Shown here: positions 23,901 through 35,768 of the stretch, piece after piece
Position numbering within the stretch: position 1 is the stretch's first letter
Layout of the letters: every line of letters begins with the position of its first letter
Source: Leptogorgia sarmentosa
Taxonomy: Eukaryota
NCBI GenBank assembly: GCA_964658305.1
Contig: OZ210884.1
Span: 6,014,001 to 6,078,000 of the forward strand
DNA length: 64,000 bases
Direction of reading: 5' to 3'
Notes under the pieces: model-generated
The model's input: only the letters and a program-made list of their open reading frames with translations
What the model was told of the DNA's origin: nothing
Databases searched by the model: none
Position numbers and translations under genes: made by a program

Positions 23901-26900
23901 TTCCTTTTGGAGATGTTATTATCTTGCCCCATGATCTCATCACGTTGTCAAATCCATGCGTTTTGAAACCAATACAGCAGCTCCTAGGCGGTCCGACCAT
24001 TACACAAGGTGCCATATCTCGACGACGCGCGTTAATTCGTTTGATATCAAACCACATGCATCCAACAAAAAATGTCATCAGCATAAGAAATGCTGTCCAA
24101 ATCGTCAGCGCTGCGTATGTGCAAAAATAACGAATCGCGGGAAAGATAGAACGACAGCTAACAGCAAATGCTACCAGGTCAGTGAGGGTTGTCATGGTAA
24201 TAGTTGGACCACTTCTAGCCATTGTACCGCTAAGCATATACCTAGCTGGAAGATTTTGACGGACTAATTCGTTCAGTTCATGTAGAATAATAAACACGTC
24301 ATCAATGCCAATACTGACGACTAAAAATGGCAAAACCCCAACCATACTGACGAAAGGAACATCGAAAAACAGCAAGAAGCCAAGCGCCGAGGTGACACCC
24401 AAATAGATAGATAACAAAGCAGTAAATCCTAAAAGTTGATGTCCATAGCGAGAATCTGCACATCTACCGTTTATTATTCCACTAAAAATTCCCATGATTG
24501 TGAAAGTCAGCGAAAAGAACTTGATATCAGAACCAGTACTTTCTGCCACTGAATCATCCAGGCTTCGTTCTGCTGCATAAAAAATGTTTACACAAGTTGT
24601 GTTTTGTGCAAAAGATGAAACAGCGTTCAAATATTCCATCTCCCAGTCCAAAACATGCTTTCTGTTTTCGTCCTCTCTTCTGTATTCTCTCATATAGTAA
24701 ACAATTCTCAAGGCATCTGCAGAATCAAGTTTACCATTCGAAGCAGCTTTTCCAAATATTGCATTGTAGTTATCTTGAAGTCGTCTTCCATTCGTCATTA
24801 GAAAAACATCGTTGTCAAGCAATTGCTTGATGTGTTGTTTAATATTGTTCAAGTTATTTATATGGTAACCGAAAATTTCTAACAAATTTACGGAGGCACA
24901 AGGGATAGTTGGATGTGGTTTATAACAATATTTCTCGTAAAACTTTATTTTTGTGATTATGTTGTGTAAATCAATCATTTCGGACAAACATTCCTCGGAA
25001 AGAACAGACTTGTTTTGTTTTGGTAAAAAAATAATCTCCTCTTGTCGCACTTCAAGTTCAAATCCCAAATCTCGTGCCTTGCGTATATCCTGCGATGCTT
25101 CGCTGTTTTCTGGCAGGAACAAGTATTTTACATTTTCTTCGGGCTCTAACTTCACAAATCCACAGGTAAAGACAATGGCAACAAACAGGCATGTGAATAT
25201 GATATGAAATGGCCGCCGCGAAATAAAGAGGGCGGTTTTTTCAAAAAGCTTTTCAAGGAAGACAATAAAGAGTTTTTGACACCATACCCAGTGCCGAAGA
25301 CACCCATTTTCAAACCAAGATTGTGGTTCCTGCCGGTATAAGTATTCGACTTCATTGTAGACATTTGGTTTGTTGCTAACAAGTAAAAAATAAAAAAAAG
25401 ATGAGGAAAGCTAGCTTGGAAGAAAGCCCGTATCCATTCATGATCATCGGTGTAAAAATCCCTGGATAAACCAAGGAGACATTGTTGGGCAACCGAACAA
25501 AATTTGCTGCCGGGATGACCTAAAAGTATTTGCACTGGAGGTTTCAGGACAGGGGGCATATTTAAAAACAAACATCTCGAAAAAATGGTGTGGCGTCTTG
25601 TAAGCAATATTTTAGATCATCCGTACACACGAATGGTTTCCACAGCATGTTTCCCAGATTGCCTGTTAGGAACGTTAAAACGTCCTTTGTGAATCCCTTA
25701 AATAAATTATGTTCGTAGACTATTTTGATTTTGTTCAAATGCTATTCCTACAATACATTTCTCGCCCAGACTTGTTGCGATTCAACCTTGGCTGAAACAT
25801 GTCACTAACTTTACATATTCCACAGTACGTTTCGTTATACAATTACGTTTTATATGCATCATACGTTTCACAATTACGTTTTATTTGGTAATTTGGTTAT
25901 TTGGTTTACCAAATCTATAAAGTGACATATATTATTTGTTTAAAGCTGTACCTAGGGATCTTGAACAAAAGCCTCGTGTTTTCTAGAAGGTTCCTATTAT
26001 TATAATAATAATAATAATGGGAACTTTATTAATAAATTTTTTTAGTATACATATAAAATTGTAAATCTCACTTATGTCAGGTAATTTACAATCCGCTACT
26101 TGAATCGATTATTGAACTGCGATATTGTATGGTGGACGTACAACAACATAGCAAGTGAGAAAACAGTGTGATAGCGTAGAAATTATTTAAAAATTATTCC
26201 TACAGAAATTCCCCCTTTGTCTATTTATTTCTTGGTGCGGCAGGTATTCTCTTCTTGGACATAACAACGCAATAGTAGTTCCGGGAAGTTGGAGCCTACG
26301 AGACGCAACCATGGTTGGCGGCGACTGAAAATTTTTTTAGAATTTGTGGTTTCTAGATCATCGGAAATTGCCTTTTTGGGGTCTTTTATTCCTCTTTTCT
26401 TTGGTTTTGCCCTCATCATTTGCTTGAGGGGTGTATTAGATATTTACGGTTAAACATTTGCAAAATTAGTCTACTTTCCTGGAGACACATTCTTGTGGCG
26501 ATTTTCCTTAATTTTAATCTTGGTTCCGTGTTAATTAACCTTAAATTGTTACGTGGTCTCAGTTGGTCGCTACGTCCCTGGTTAAACCAGGCTGATCGGC
26601 ACGAAATTGACCAAGAACTGCAATGTGCAGCTAACGATGAAATTTTAACTGTTTATGTATGAAGAAAGATACTCAGTATATTCATTTCAGTAATCTTATA
26701 AGACTTTTTATATGCTATAAATACGATGATCGTATGCAGTTTTAAAGATTTCGAGAATGTATTTCTGCGCCAAAAGCTAGAATTGTAACATTTGTGTTGA
26801 TTTTAAGATTATCTTGTGGAATTCACTTTTATTTACATTATTGTCTAGACAAGGGTTGTTTTTTTGCAACAGGATCCGCGCATATCACTACATCTGGTAC

Positions 26901-27841
26901 AGAAAGCAACATATAGCCCTTAATTGGCCCCAGAAGGTTGGAGCAGCTAAAAGTTTAAACCGCGGGGTAGCATGGGTGTACTTAATTTTTGAGGTTATAT
27001 TAATGAGAATATAAATTTTTATGTCATTGAAGTGATTGAGAATTATCCTTGGCCGAATCGGAACTATCAATTGTCATATGCAATTATATATTTTAGAAGT
27101 TAAATAAGCCTGCAAGTAGAAGTCAGTCAACATTCTTAAAGTTTCAGTTTTGAATTATCATATTCTTGTAACGTGCATTTATATAGACCATAATCTTTCT
27201 TCAGTAAAACTCTCAATGTTTCTCGGTGTCACACAAAATTTTCCCTCTCTCTGTTCCCCCAAGGGGCGACATTGCAAGGCAGGGGCCGCGGAAGCACCTC
27301 GAAAGAGGGGGCCACAATCAAAAAAGGGCACGGATGAAAAAGGGCGCTTTCCTTTCAAAAAAGGGCACATTTACCCTTTGTCCAAAATTGGGGGGGGGTT
27401 CACTTGCCCCAATGCCGTAAAACACTGACATTAATGATTAATTACAATATCATAGCACACACTATATGACGCAAAAGGCCCTGGCTATATTACACAAAAA
27501 GGGCACAAATCTAATTGAAAAAAGGGCACAAATCTAATTGAAAAAAGGGCACATTTTCTCGTTTTCAAAAAGTGGGGGGGCACCGTGCCCCAGTGCCCCT
27601 CCCCCTGTTCCGCGGGCCTTGTTGTTAGGAATTTCGAAGCCCTAAACTAACACCTTAACCCAGACAATTTCCTGTAATAAGCAAGAGATTAAACTGAGGA
27701 GAATAATATCGTTAGGAACATCCCCCCACGCCAGCGGCCAGGACGGATTTGTTAGAACACTGGAGTCAAGCAAAACTAAATGTTCAATGACCAGACTGAC
27801 CTGTTTTGGAATCCATCACTATTATTCTCAAATTTTGCCAT
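10271..27841 (-). CDS. Copy B (apparently intact): Patched/RND(SSD)-KS-AT-DH-KRs-ER0-KR-ACP-TE-PH fusion, 3,556 aa. Coding exons (minus): 27841-27801, 25375-19521, 18723-16165, 15708-15430, 15167-14800, 14438-14031, 13898-13763, 13471-13287, 13124-12900, 12187-11881, 11732-11622, 10467-10271
   Basis: All 11 introns have GT(one GC)-AG ends and compatible phases; exon lengths sum to 10,671 nt (3,557 codons including TGA). Motifs: SIGIDD, GFSVDYNAH, DTACSSS, EAHGTGT, KSNVNH, GHSLG, AYHS, HPLLG, DACFQ, GGVRGFG, YSAAN, GIDS, GYSFG, PGRH. Confidence 0.88.
11003..11427. mobile_element. Intronic MITE
   Basis: ctactctc...gattgaaaattcaatc at the left end mirrored by gattgaaattttcaat...gagagtag at the right end. 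Confidence 0.6.
15947..16113. mobile_element. Intronic hAT-like MITE
   Basis: TIR cagtggcgtagg / cctatacgccactg; related to the element at 40044-40199. Confidence 0.75.
19521..22720 (-). other. KS-AT-DH(N-half) domains of copy B, in the same exon as the Patched domain
   Basis: AIVGIGCRFPGG, MDPQQRLLL, DTACSSS (Cys codon 22183-22185), EAHGTGT, SSYGFGGSNAH, YGGQGAQW, GHSLGE, HPLLG, DHKITTIPDPVVP. Confidence 0.96.
22850..25375 (-). other. Patched/PTCHD3-like RND domain of copy B (TM1, luminal loop, sterol-sensing domain TM2-6, TM7, second loop, TM8-12)
   Basis: FISRRPFHIIFTCLFVAIVFTCGF..E....LFLPENSEA N-terminus; PFLVVSIGIDDVFII; GPTITMTTLTDLVAF; NSISMINLVMALGFSVDYNAHVAY; FFKMFVGIVVLGLLHGLVILPVYL. 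Confidence 0.95.
27280..27621. mobile_element. hAT-like MITE in the first coding intron of copy B
   Basis: TIR caggggccgcggaa / ttccgcgggccttg; imperfect 8-bp TSD ttgcaagg/ttgttagg; absent from the paralogous site (~42785). Confidence 0.8.
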
Positions 27842-28436
27842 TTTCTTCGTCACCTGTAAATTTAGAATGCATGCAATTTATTAGGAAAGGTATAAACAAT
27901 TGCCTCCATTCATCGCCATTGTAATATGAGGAATCATGTAATGGACCGGCCTAAACTGCTGTGCGTAAGGTTCCTAAAATACCTTGCTTATAATGCGGTT
28001 ACATTTGAATAGGGCGTGAACATGATGTCGATTGTACTAACGTGTGCTCCAATAGATTGTGTCTTCTGGATAGTATTATAAAACTATTTTGTGCAACATT
28101 TTACAGTATGTCTGATTCTGATTAAGCTCACCTTAGAGTTCAACGAGATGCATTATCGTCGATTTAGGCTCCACCCTTCATAAAAATCTTAAGCTTGTAA
28201 TCTAAATACACTGGCCTGAAAGAGCCGAGTGTTTAAAATTAGGCTCCGTCAAAGATCTCAGATTATTATCCCGAAATTACTGGATTGCCTGGTTCTTTCA
28301 ACAATTATATATTATAATAAAACAAACTTTTAACTAATTCATTTCGTCTGTTAAACAATTCAATTATTCGTAAGTAGTATTATATTGTAGGCAATTTAAT
28401 ACGGTTGTGATGAAAAATTGAAGTAGATCAACATAC

Positions 28437-28476
28437 CTTTTCTTTAAAGAAAGAATCAATCCAGCGATCCAAAAAC
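28437..28476 (-). other. Putative 40-nt 5' UTR exon of copy B (paralogous exon at 41891-41930, +)
   Basis: ctgtag| ... aaag|gtatgt splice signals conserved in both copies. Confidence 0.4.
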
Positions 28477-29413
28477 CTACAGACTGGATAACACTTCTGC
28501 TGTAGTGTCCGGAGCTTTTATACTTTGTGTAATCAATTATATTGGATCGTGTGGCGGTTATCTCTCAATATCGGGAATAGTCAATAACATATAAAGACAT
28601 TAGCTACATAAACATACGTTAATTTTTCCACAATGTAAAACTCGGAAAACCCCCTCCTATATTTTCGCAGCGATAGTAGTAATAGCTATAAAGGGGAATG
28701 TATATAATTAAGAATGCGTTGGAAAAGTTGGACAGATGGACAATGAACAAACATATGCATGCAGAAGCGTCTTTGTGGGTAAAACTGGATATATACAAGG
28801 AAAAACCGTCGGTAAAAAAAAGGGAAAAAGTGTTTGGTTGGTATATTTATTAAAACTGGTCGCGATGTTGTGCATAAATTAAACTTTTATTCGTCGGTAA
28901 AATGTGAAGTCTACATATAAACGCTCTCCTCTGAAGTTCTGGCCTAGCTACGCCACTGCAAACGGTGCCTTTTTCAACTATATATCTGCGGGAGGGGGGT
29001 AATTGCCCCCAGGGAAAAGATTTGCCCTCACCCAGTAAAGCCATTTAAGCCATTTCTGCCCCCAAGGCGCGAAGCAGAATTATATTATGATTGTTAATAA
29101 TTGTTGCCACAGTTACAGTTGGTTTACTCGATAATGAGATTATGCCCTTCCATAGCTTCTTGCACAGTCATCTTGTCTGTAAGTAATATTGTTATTCATC
29201 AAGCATTAATAAATAAGTTTATTTAAACGGAATGGTGTCCCAACCGCTTCATATGACCCAAGATCTAGACGAACCGTTGTATTCTTTATCGACAAGAAAG
29301 AAGACGCAATGAAAGGCCATGTCTTGAGACTATAAACAAAGAGATTTTATTGCAAATTAATTGTTTAAGACGAACTACTGCTAAAGTTATAAATTAAAAC
29401 AAATCACTTCTAA

Positions 29414-29555
29414 GGCCTGTTTCAAACGTCGAACTTTAGTCGCGTCGAATGCAATTCAGACAAAGGATAATGAGTTGATAATGAGGCAAGTTATCTCATT
29501 ATCTATTGTTCTAATTGCATTCGACGCGACTAAAGTTCCACGTTTGAAACAGGCC
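29414..29555. mobile_element. Palindromic PIF/Harbinger (Tourist-like) MITE with TAA target duplication
   Basis: ggcctgtttcaaacg...cgtttgaaacaggcc flanked by TAA on both sides; a single TAA at the paralogous empty site (~40951). Confidence 0.88.
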
Positions 29556-30170
29556 TAAGACTTTCTCCAGGGGCGACTAACGTAAAAAAAGGCATGGGGA
29601 AAAAATTCGGAGCATGGTTTCGAAATTATTTTCCAATTGATTGAAACTCTTCTCAAATTACAATTACGCATTCAAAATCCATCACACTCCAGCGGTCAAC
29701 TTCGATCAGTTTTTGCACATTGAGCCAGCGATTGACAGTCAACCGATTAGTCAAATAAACGGTATTCGAATGAAAATTGACTAATCTGCGTTTTAGATCA
29801 TGCAATTTAATTGGTCCAAATTGCTCTAGCCACACATTGCAGGCGTGTTGATTGTTCAAAAAGATTTTGACTAACGATTGCAAAATTTTGACTAAAGCAG
29901 GGAATTTTTTTACTATATTATTCTGCAGTTAGATGGAGGGTTGTGATTGGATTATTTTGGCGCAAAGTAAAGTAAAGAACGTCTCCTCTGATTGGCTTGG
30001 GTGAACTTTCAGAAATATAGTAACCAAATTCTTGGTCAATTGATGCTCTATTTGTACTTCTGCTTCACGCAGACCTTCTGCAGACACCCCAGATAATATA
30101 TAAGGAAAATAAAAGACAGGATTTTGTAGGCCACAAAATTAGTACGTACAAATTTATATTAGTACGTACT

Positions 30171-30465
30171 AGAATACTATTCGACAGTGGCAGTCAGCGG
30201 ACATATATATCAGAAAAGGTTCGGAATAGGCTGAAGTTGAAGGCAATAAGATCAGAGAGGATGATAATTAACACCTTTGGTCAGAGTGAGGCTAGTGAAG
30301 TGCAAAGGTTGGATGTAGTTCTATTGAAAATTAGGAGTAAAAATGACAATGTATTAATGTGTATTGAAGCGTTATGTGTTCCCACTATATGTAGCTCAGT
30401 AACAAATCAAAATCTATCTAGTGTATAAGGATTGTCTGAGTTCCGAGGGTTGCAACTCGCAAACT
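30171..30465 (+). pseudogene. BEL/Pao aspartic protease (DUF1758-like) relic
   Basis: RILFDSGSQRTYISEKVRNRLKL...INTFG...ALCVPTICS, followed by a stop. Confidence 0.8.
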
Positions 30466-32440
30466 GGGTGATATTGTTTAGAGCGGATGCCGCACTGCGA
30501 TACTATGATGGCAGTCAATATTTTTAATTATCAACTATATCATAATATGGTGTTAACAAGCAAAAATTTGATAAGCCACTGCTATTTTATTCTCAAGACA
30601 CGCATTGCTTTTAATATTTTAACACTTTGTTATCAGTAGTTAAACTAGAACTATTAAACCAGAACTAATATCTGAAGTATAGGGCAAAAATTCACAAATG
30701 ACTGGAATAAATTACGGTAGCAACTCGTCTGAGCGCCACTCACAATTAGTCAACAGCTAACATAAAACGAGCACAAGACATTTCAATAAATTCTAAAAAA
30801 CAATATATTACATTCCCTTCTGTTGAAATGAGTGCAATTCAAACCACTGCTAACAGTTCTCTTTATCATTCATAAATAAAATGCCTCGGATTAGCTCCAT
30901 GAAAATTTGAAGAGCGGCGCACCTCAAACGAGCCCAGACGGTAGTCTATTCCCAAAGCTCATGCCGCATTAAGCGTTTAATATTTTTTAAATAAGAACTT
31001 GGTTGCTATGTACGTACAGGTCTACTTTGCTATATCCGTATGAACTATGAACGTTTTCTTTGAATTACATATTTATATCAAATTTGTTTTATAACGTCCC
31101 CGAATAATATCTTTAATCTTAACAATGCCAATGTTCGATTGCACTGTATAGCTGTACTTTTTGTTTTTAAGAAACTTGTCAACGAAATTGAAATTACCTG
31201 CTATGCAATTAACTAGATGGTTTGCCCCAGTCAATTGGTCAATATGTGTGTCTGTTGGCTAGATTTTGTGTCTCTTATCAGGCGCCAGAATGAAAAAAAT
31301 TCTGGCGGTGATTCAGCCGATAAAGATCGGAACACGCCGACAAACAAATATAGTCAATATTGTTGATTGTTGTGTAATTATCGCTTTTATAGTATGTATA
31401 AAAGCTCCGTGTAGAATTCTTATCAGTATTGAGTACTACATGAAGCCATGCAGTTGCTGAAATGCACTGTATGTATGAAAAAATCCATATTCAAGGTTTG
31501 TGAAGTCGCCATATGATGCGCATCATAATTATATCAGTTTGTTTATCAGGACATGCAGGTGCGTAGCTATACATTGTATGTTAGATTTACTTGTGCAGCA
31601 GGCAGCCTGTACAGTCTCATTAAATTCAACCAGGCAACTGCTCTGAATTCGAATACACTGTAATTTACAAAAATCAAATCTGTAATTTTACAGTAAAAGC
31701 TACTGGCAGTTTGGGTGCCACTGTTCTTTAACAGCTAGTGTTTATTTTCACAGTGAAAAGTCTGTAATGAAAAAATCGGTAATTTTAGAGTAAAAAGTAC
31801 TTGCAGCTTGGGCGCAAGAGAAATTGCTGTAAATTTACTGCGGCTGTTCTTATCAGCAGTGTTTATTTTTACACAAGTCATAACTCTATTTCGACAAAAT
31901 CAAGTATATTTTATTTTATATGCAGCTCAAATCAAATACTCAATTGCCAAGAACTTCTTTTAGTGGAAAATGTCGATATATGTTGCAATGGTATGAAATC
32001 ACAATGTTCACAATATCTTTGCTGAAGGGGATGGACTACAGGTAGGTTTTCACGATGGCGGATGCATGACCTTAATGACTTAATCGAACCCCGAGTTTAA
32101 ATTTTGATCATGAATACTTCTGGTTCATCCCCTTCACCAAACCGCGGTCCTAACCATTTGGTTATGGTAATAGTCACATGCAAATAAAATCGTAATGCAC
32201 TCGCATGGAAAGACCCATGACAGTCAGACGAGGTCGAGTGCTGTGATCTCATAATTCTCTTCAGTCATATCACGCTACGTCGCCAAAAAATATGTTGTGT
32301 TGTTGTGTTATCTCTATCTATACATTCATCGCTCATTGCATTGTAAAAAATAAAATCCGTAAAAAATAACATTACATTATTATTCTTTGGAAAAACAGGT
32401 CCTTGTAAAAAATTAAAGTGTATTGTGAGGGGGTGATTAC

Positions 32441-32965
32441 CAAGGGCGTCAATCCTGGGGGGATGAGGGGGGGGGGACGCGTCGAAGTGGGGAGGGGACG
32501 AATATCTAATTACCCCCCCCCCCCCCCACTTTTTATCATGTTTAAAAAAAAATGTTTTTGGTAATCTTAAAACCCCATGCCTGTATGCTATACATCGTGA
32601 ATTGTGGTTGGAACGAAGACTTTTAATAAGATAAAGACATGAAGTACAATCAACAATCTGAGATCAGAAGAAAACTATTCGGAGCCTTTGAATATTTCTG
32701 CGAATGAAGTCCTAACGGCAATAACGGCAATAAACGGACCTCAGCCACGTACACACGTTCGAATTTGCTTTAGTTTTTATTGATCATTGTATGTACGATT
32801 CAGATCTTTATTGTTTTATTTTTAAGTAAACGTATCCAAATAATAGCTACACATTCGACATCGACAAAAAATTCTCTTAATTAATTTAGGCAAGAAATTC
32901 GGCGGAATTAATTTAGTAAAACTCGTCCCCAGAACGCTGAAAATGGCATTTGTGCATAACGTTTC
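32441..32965. mobile_element. Right-truncated copy of the hAT-like MITE family seen at 34415
   Basis: Starts caagggcgtcaatcctgggg and aligns with 34415-34928, then switches abruptly to PKS sequence. Confidence 0.8.
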
Positions 32966-33881
32966 AGGTGTTTTCGTGCCTGAGTTGACAGAATCAAGAA
33001 ATTTATTTCAGTCTGGTCTATTTTTGGGATAAGACCCAATACCATAACGTCCTTCCACCAGCATATTCCAAAATTCATCTTTGGAGTTCGTCCCTCCTGG
33101 AAAGCGACAACCAATGCCGACTATAGCTGCAGGAATCGGATTTTTAGCTTTTACCACATACTTGGGAGAAGTTGTGTCAGTAGTTTCGTAGAATTTTCGT
33201 TTCCCTACACGTTTGAACCATTTCATTATTACAAGTTTACCATTCGAAGCAGCTTTTCCAAATATTGCGTTGTAATTATCTTGAAGTCATCTTCCATTCG
33301 TCATTAGAAAAACATCGTTGTCAAGCAATTGCTTGATGTGTTGTTGAATATTGTTCAAGTTATTTCTATGGTAACCGAAAATTTCTAACAAATTTACGGA
33401 GGCACAAGGGATAGTTGGATGTGGTTTATAACAATATTTCTCGTAAAGCTTTATTTTTGTGATTATGTTGTGTAAATTAATCATTTCGGACAAATATTTC
33501 TCCGATAGAACAGACTTGTTTTGTTTTGGTAAAAAAATAATCTCCTCTTGTCGCACTTCAAGTTCAAATCCCAAATCTCGTGCCTTGCGTATATCCTGCG
33601 ATGCTTCGCTGTTTTCTGGCAGGAACAAGTATTTTACATTTTCTTCGGGCTCCAACTTCACAAATCCACAGGTAAAGATAATGGCAACAAACAGCCATGT
33701 GAATATGATATGAAATGGCCGCCGCGAAATAAAGAGGGCGGTTTTTTCAAAAAGCTTTTCAAGGAAGACAATAAAGAGTTGACACCATGCTTAGTACCGA
33801 AGACACCCATTTTCAAACCAAGATTGTGGTAGTTTGTCATGCGAAAAGTTTTCGACATTTTTCGTGACGTGCGGTTTCTTC
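32966..33881 (-). pseudogene. Copy C: internally deleted Patched-PKS fragment (Patched N-terminus joined to linker and KS start)
   Basis: Acceptor tttgctag near 33882; CGA>TGA at 33287-33289; a junction at ~33230 skips about 1.9 kb of the copy-B sequence; stop after KNRPD. Confidence 0.9.
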
Positions 33882-34414
33882 CTAGCAAATAAAATTGAAA
33901 AGGGAATCATGTTTCAAAAACCTGGGCAATGTATAATTCCGCCTCGCCTATCCCTGCTCACCGAATAACACAAACCATCCTGCGTATATCACTTTCATAA
34001 AATATTTAAGTGGTCGGTGGCAAATAATTTTGAAGATTGGGGGAAATTCTCCAGTAAACTTTAAAAATAAACTGGTTACTCCATTTCGCAATAGTTGTTG
34101 GAAAAGTTCCTTATCTATAAATTTGGCGTTTGTGGTAGTGGTTTGAGCTACTTTTGTTTTACACAGTGGCGTCGTGGTGGGGGTTGGATGACCCCTAGAA
34201 TTTGAGGCTTGTAAGAAATTTTTGGAAATTTAACAATTGTCGGAAAAACTAGTTTATCATATCAAAATTATTGCTTTTGTTTGATGGTATCAAGTCATGT
34301 TGGCGTTCACCTCCAATATTTCTATAGTATCCATAATTCAGTTTCGTCACATTGAGAATGGTGATGAACTAACTGAGAGATATAATTATGCAGCCTCTGG
34401 TATACTTTAGAAAG

Positions 34415-35768
34415 CAAGCGCGTCAATCCTGGGGGGGATGGGGGGACGCGTCCCCCCCACTTTTTGAAGTGGGGGGGGACGAATATCTAATTATCCCCCC
34501 CACTTTTTATCATGTTTATAAAAATGTTTTTTGGTAACCTTAAAACCCCATGCCTGCATGCTATACATCGTGAATTGTGAAGTACAATAAACAATCTGAG
34601 ATCAGAAGAAAACTATTCAGAGCCTTCGAATAGTTCTGCGAATGAAATCCTAATTGGAAAGACAATAAACGGACCTCAGCCACGTACACACGTTCAAATT
34701 TGCTTTTGTTTTTATTGATCCTTTTATGTACAATTGATATAATTGTTAAAGAAATCATTTCATTTGCGATTCAAATCTTTATTGTTTTATTAAAAATAAT
34801 ACGTATTCGAATAATACACATTCGACATCGACAAAAAATTTTCATATAATTTAGGCAAGAAATTCGGCGGAATTATTTTAGTAAAAATCGTTCCCAGAAC
34901 GCTGAAAATGTATTTGTGCATGTTTCAAATTTGAAAATTTTTCGGGGAAGATTGCCCCCAGACCCGTTTAGAAAGGGGCACGTTTCATTACTATTTTACA
35001 ACAGACAGATTTTTGCCCCCCCCCCCCCCCCCAATAGGCGTACGAGGCGGGGGGACACGGGGGGCAACTGCCCCCCAAAAAATTCAAATAATGTCAACAA
35101 TCCTCCAGTCGTTCACCTGAACGAGCGTACCAAGAAAGTGGAGTTGGGACTCTGAAATCGCCGTTTCCAGCAATCCAGATGTTGTAAAAGTTCAAAAATT
35201 TCTCGCTTGGCGCCGCTAGTTTTTTTTCCGTAGACAGTCGGACCCCTCCTTTAATATCATATTAACATTAGCATTAGGAATAAGCATTATAAGGATTTTG
35301 AATGTAAGACCTGGCAGCTTGAGCGGTTGGTGTAGTGGAAGCATGCGGACTGCGTGCAACGTGTCTGGGTTCGATCCCCATCAGGGCGTTGTTTTTTTCA
35401 TCATTTTTTTTCATTCTGCCAAAGATATTTGAGCGATTTATTTTTGAAATACAGCCGTACTTAAGATTTTCTTTCAAAATTTTATTTATATTCAAGGTTA
35501 GGGTCAGAACTACCGTTTGAGTAAGTGTTAGTATTATCAATTGATCACGGGAAAGAGTCTGGACGCTAATAAAGGAGGAGTCCGACCATCTCGGAGGGGT
35601 CCGACTGTCTATGGAAAAAAAATTTGCCTCGGCGCCAACCATGGTGGCGCCTCGTGACATTCACTACCCTCAAATTCGGGCAAAGATCTTTCTGCCCCCC
35701 CCTGAAAAAATGTAGCCCATACGCTTATGGTCCCCCCCCCCACTTTTTGGAACGGATTGACGCCCTTG
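34415..35768. mobile_element. hAT-like MITE containing two nested elements (35034-35729 and ~35220-35622)
   Basis: TIR caagcgcgtcaatcc / ggattgacgcccttg with perfect 8-bp TSD ttagaaag; middle TIR ataggcgtacg / catacgcttatg; inner TIR ttccgtagacagtcggacccctcc / ggaggggtccgactgtctatggaa. Confidence 0.88.

Larger units (their letters stand above)
25670..29410. repeat. Upstream and intronic region of copy B, duplicated in inverted orientation at ~40950-44185
   Basis: Long stretches match by reverse complement, e.g. ORF-track entries 28850-29044(-) and 41323-41517(+) are near-identical. Confidence 0.92.

Noticed and set aside
19521..25375. Bacterial contamination (MmpL-PKS operon)
   Set aside because: Spliceosomal introns, metazoan-type LTR elements and MITEs, and a eukaryotic Patched-type rather than MmpL-type RND sequence
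25152..25607. ORF containing MSTMKSNTY... (also 44111..44458 and 33658..33888) as the gene start
   Set aside because: Wrong frame: it stops at the start of the Patched ORF, while the overlapping ATG-less frame encodes the Patched TM1 and splices to the upstream micro-exon
10271..27841. Ordinary animal fatty acid synthase (FASN) next to a PTCHD gene
   Set aside because: One continuous frame across the junction, no pseudo-methyltransferase, a degenerate ER and a C-terminal extension; no gene symbol assigned
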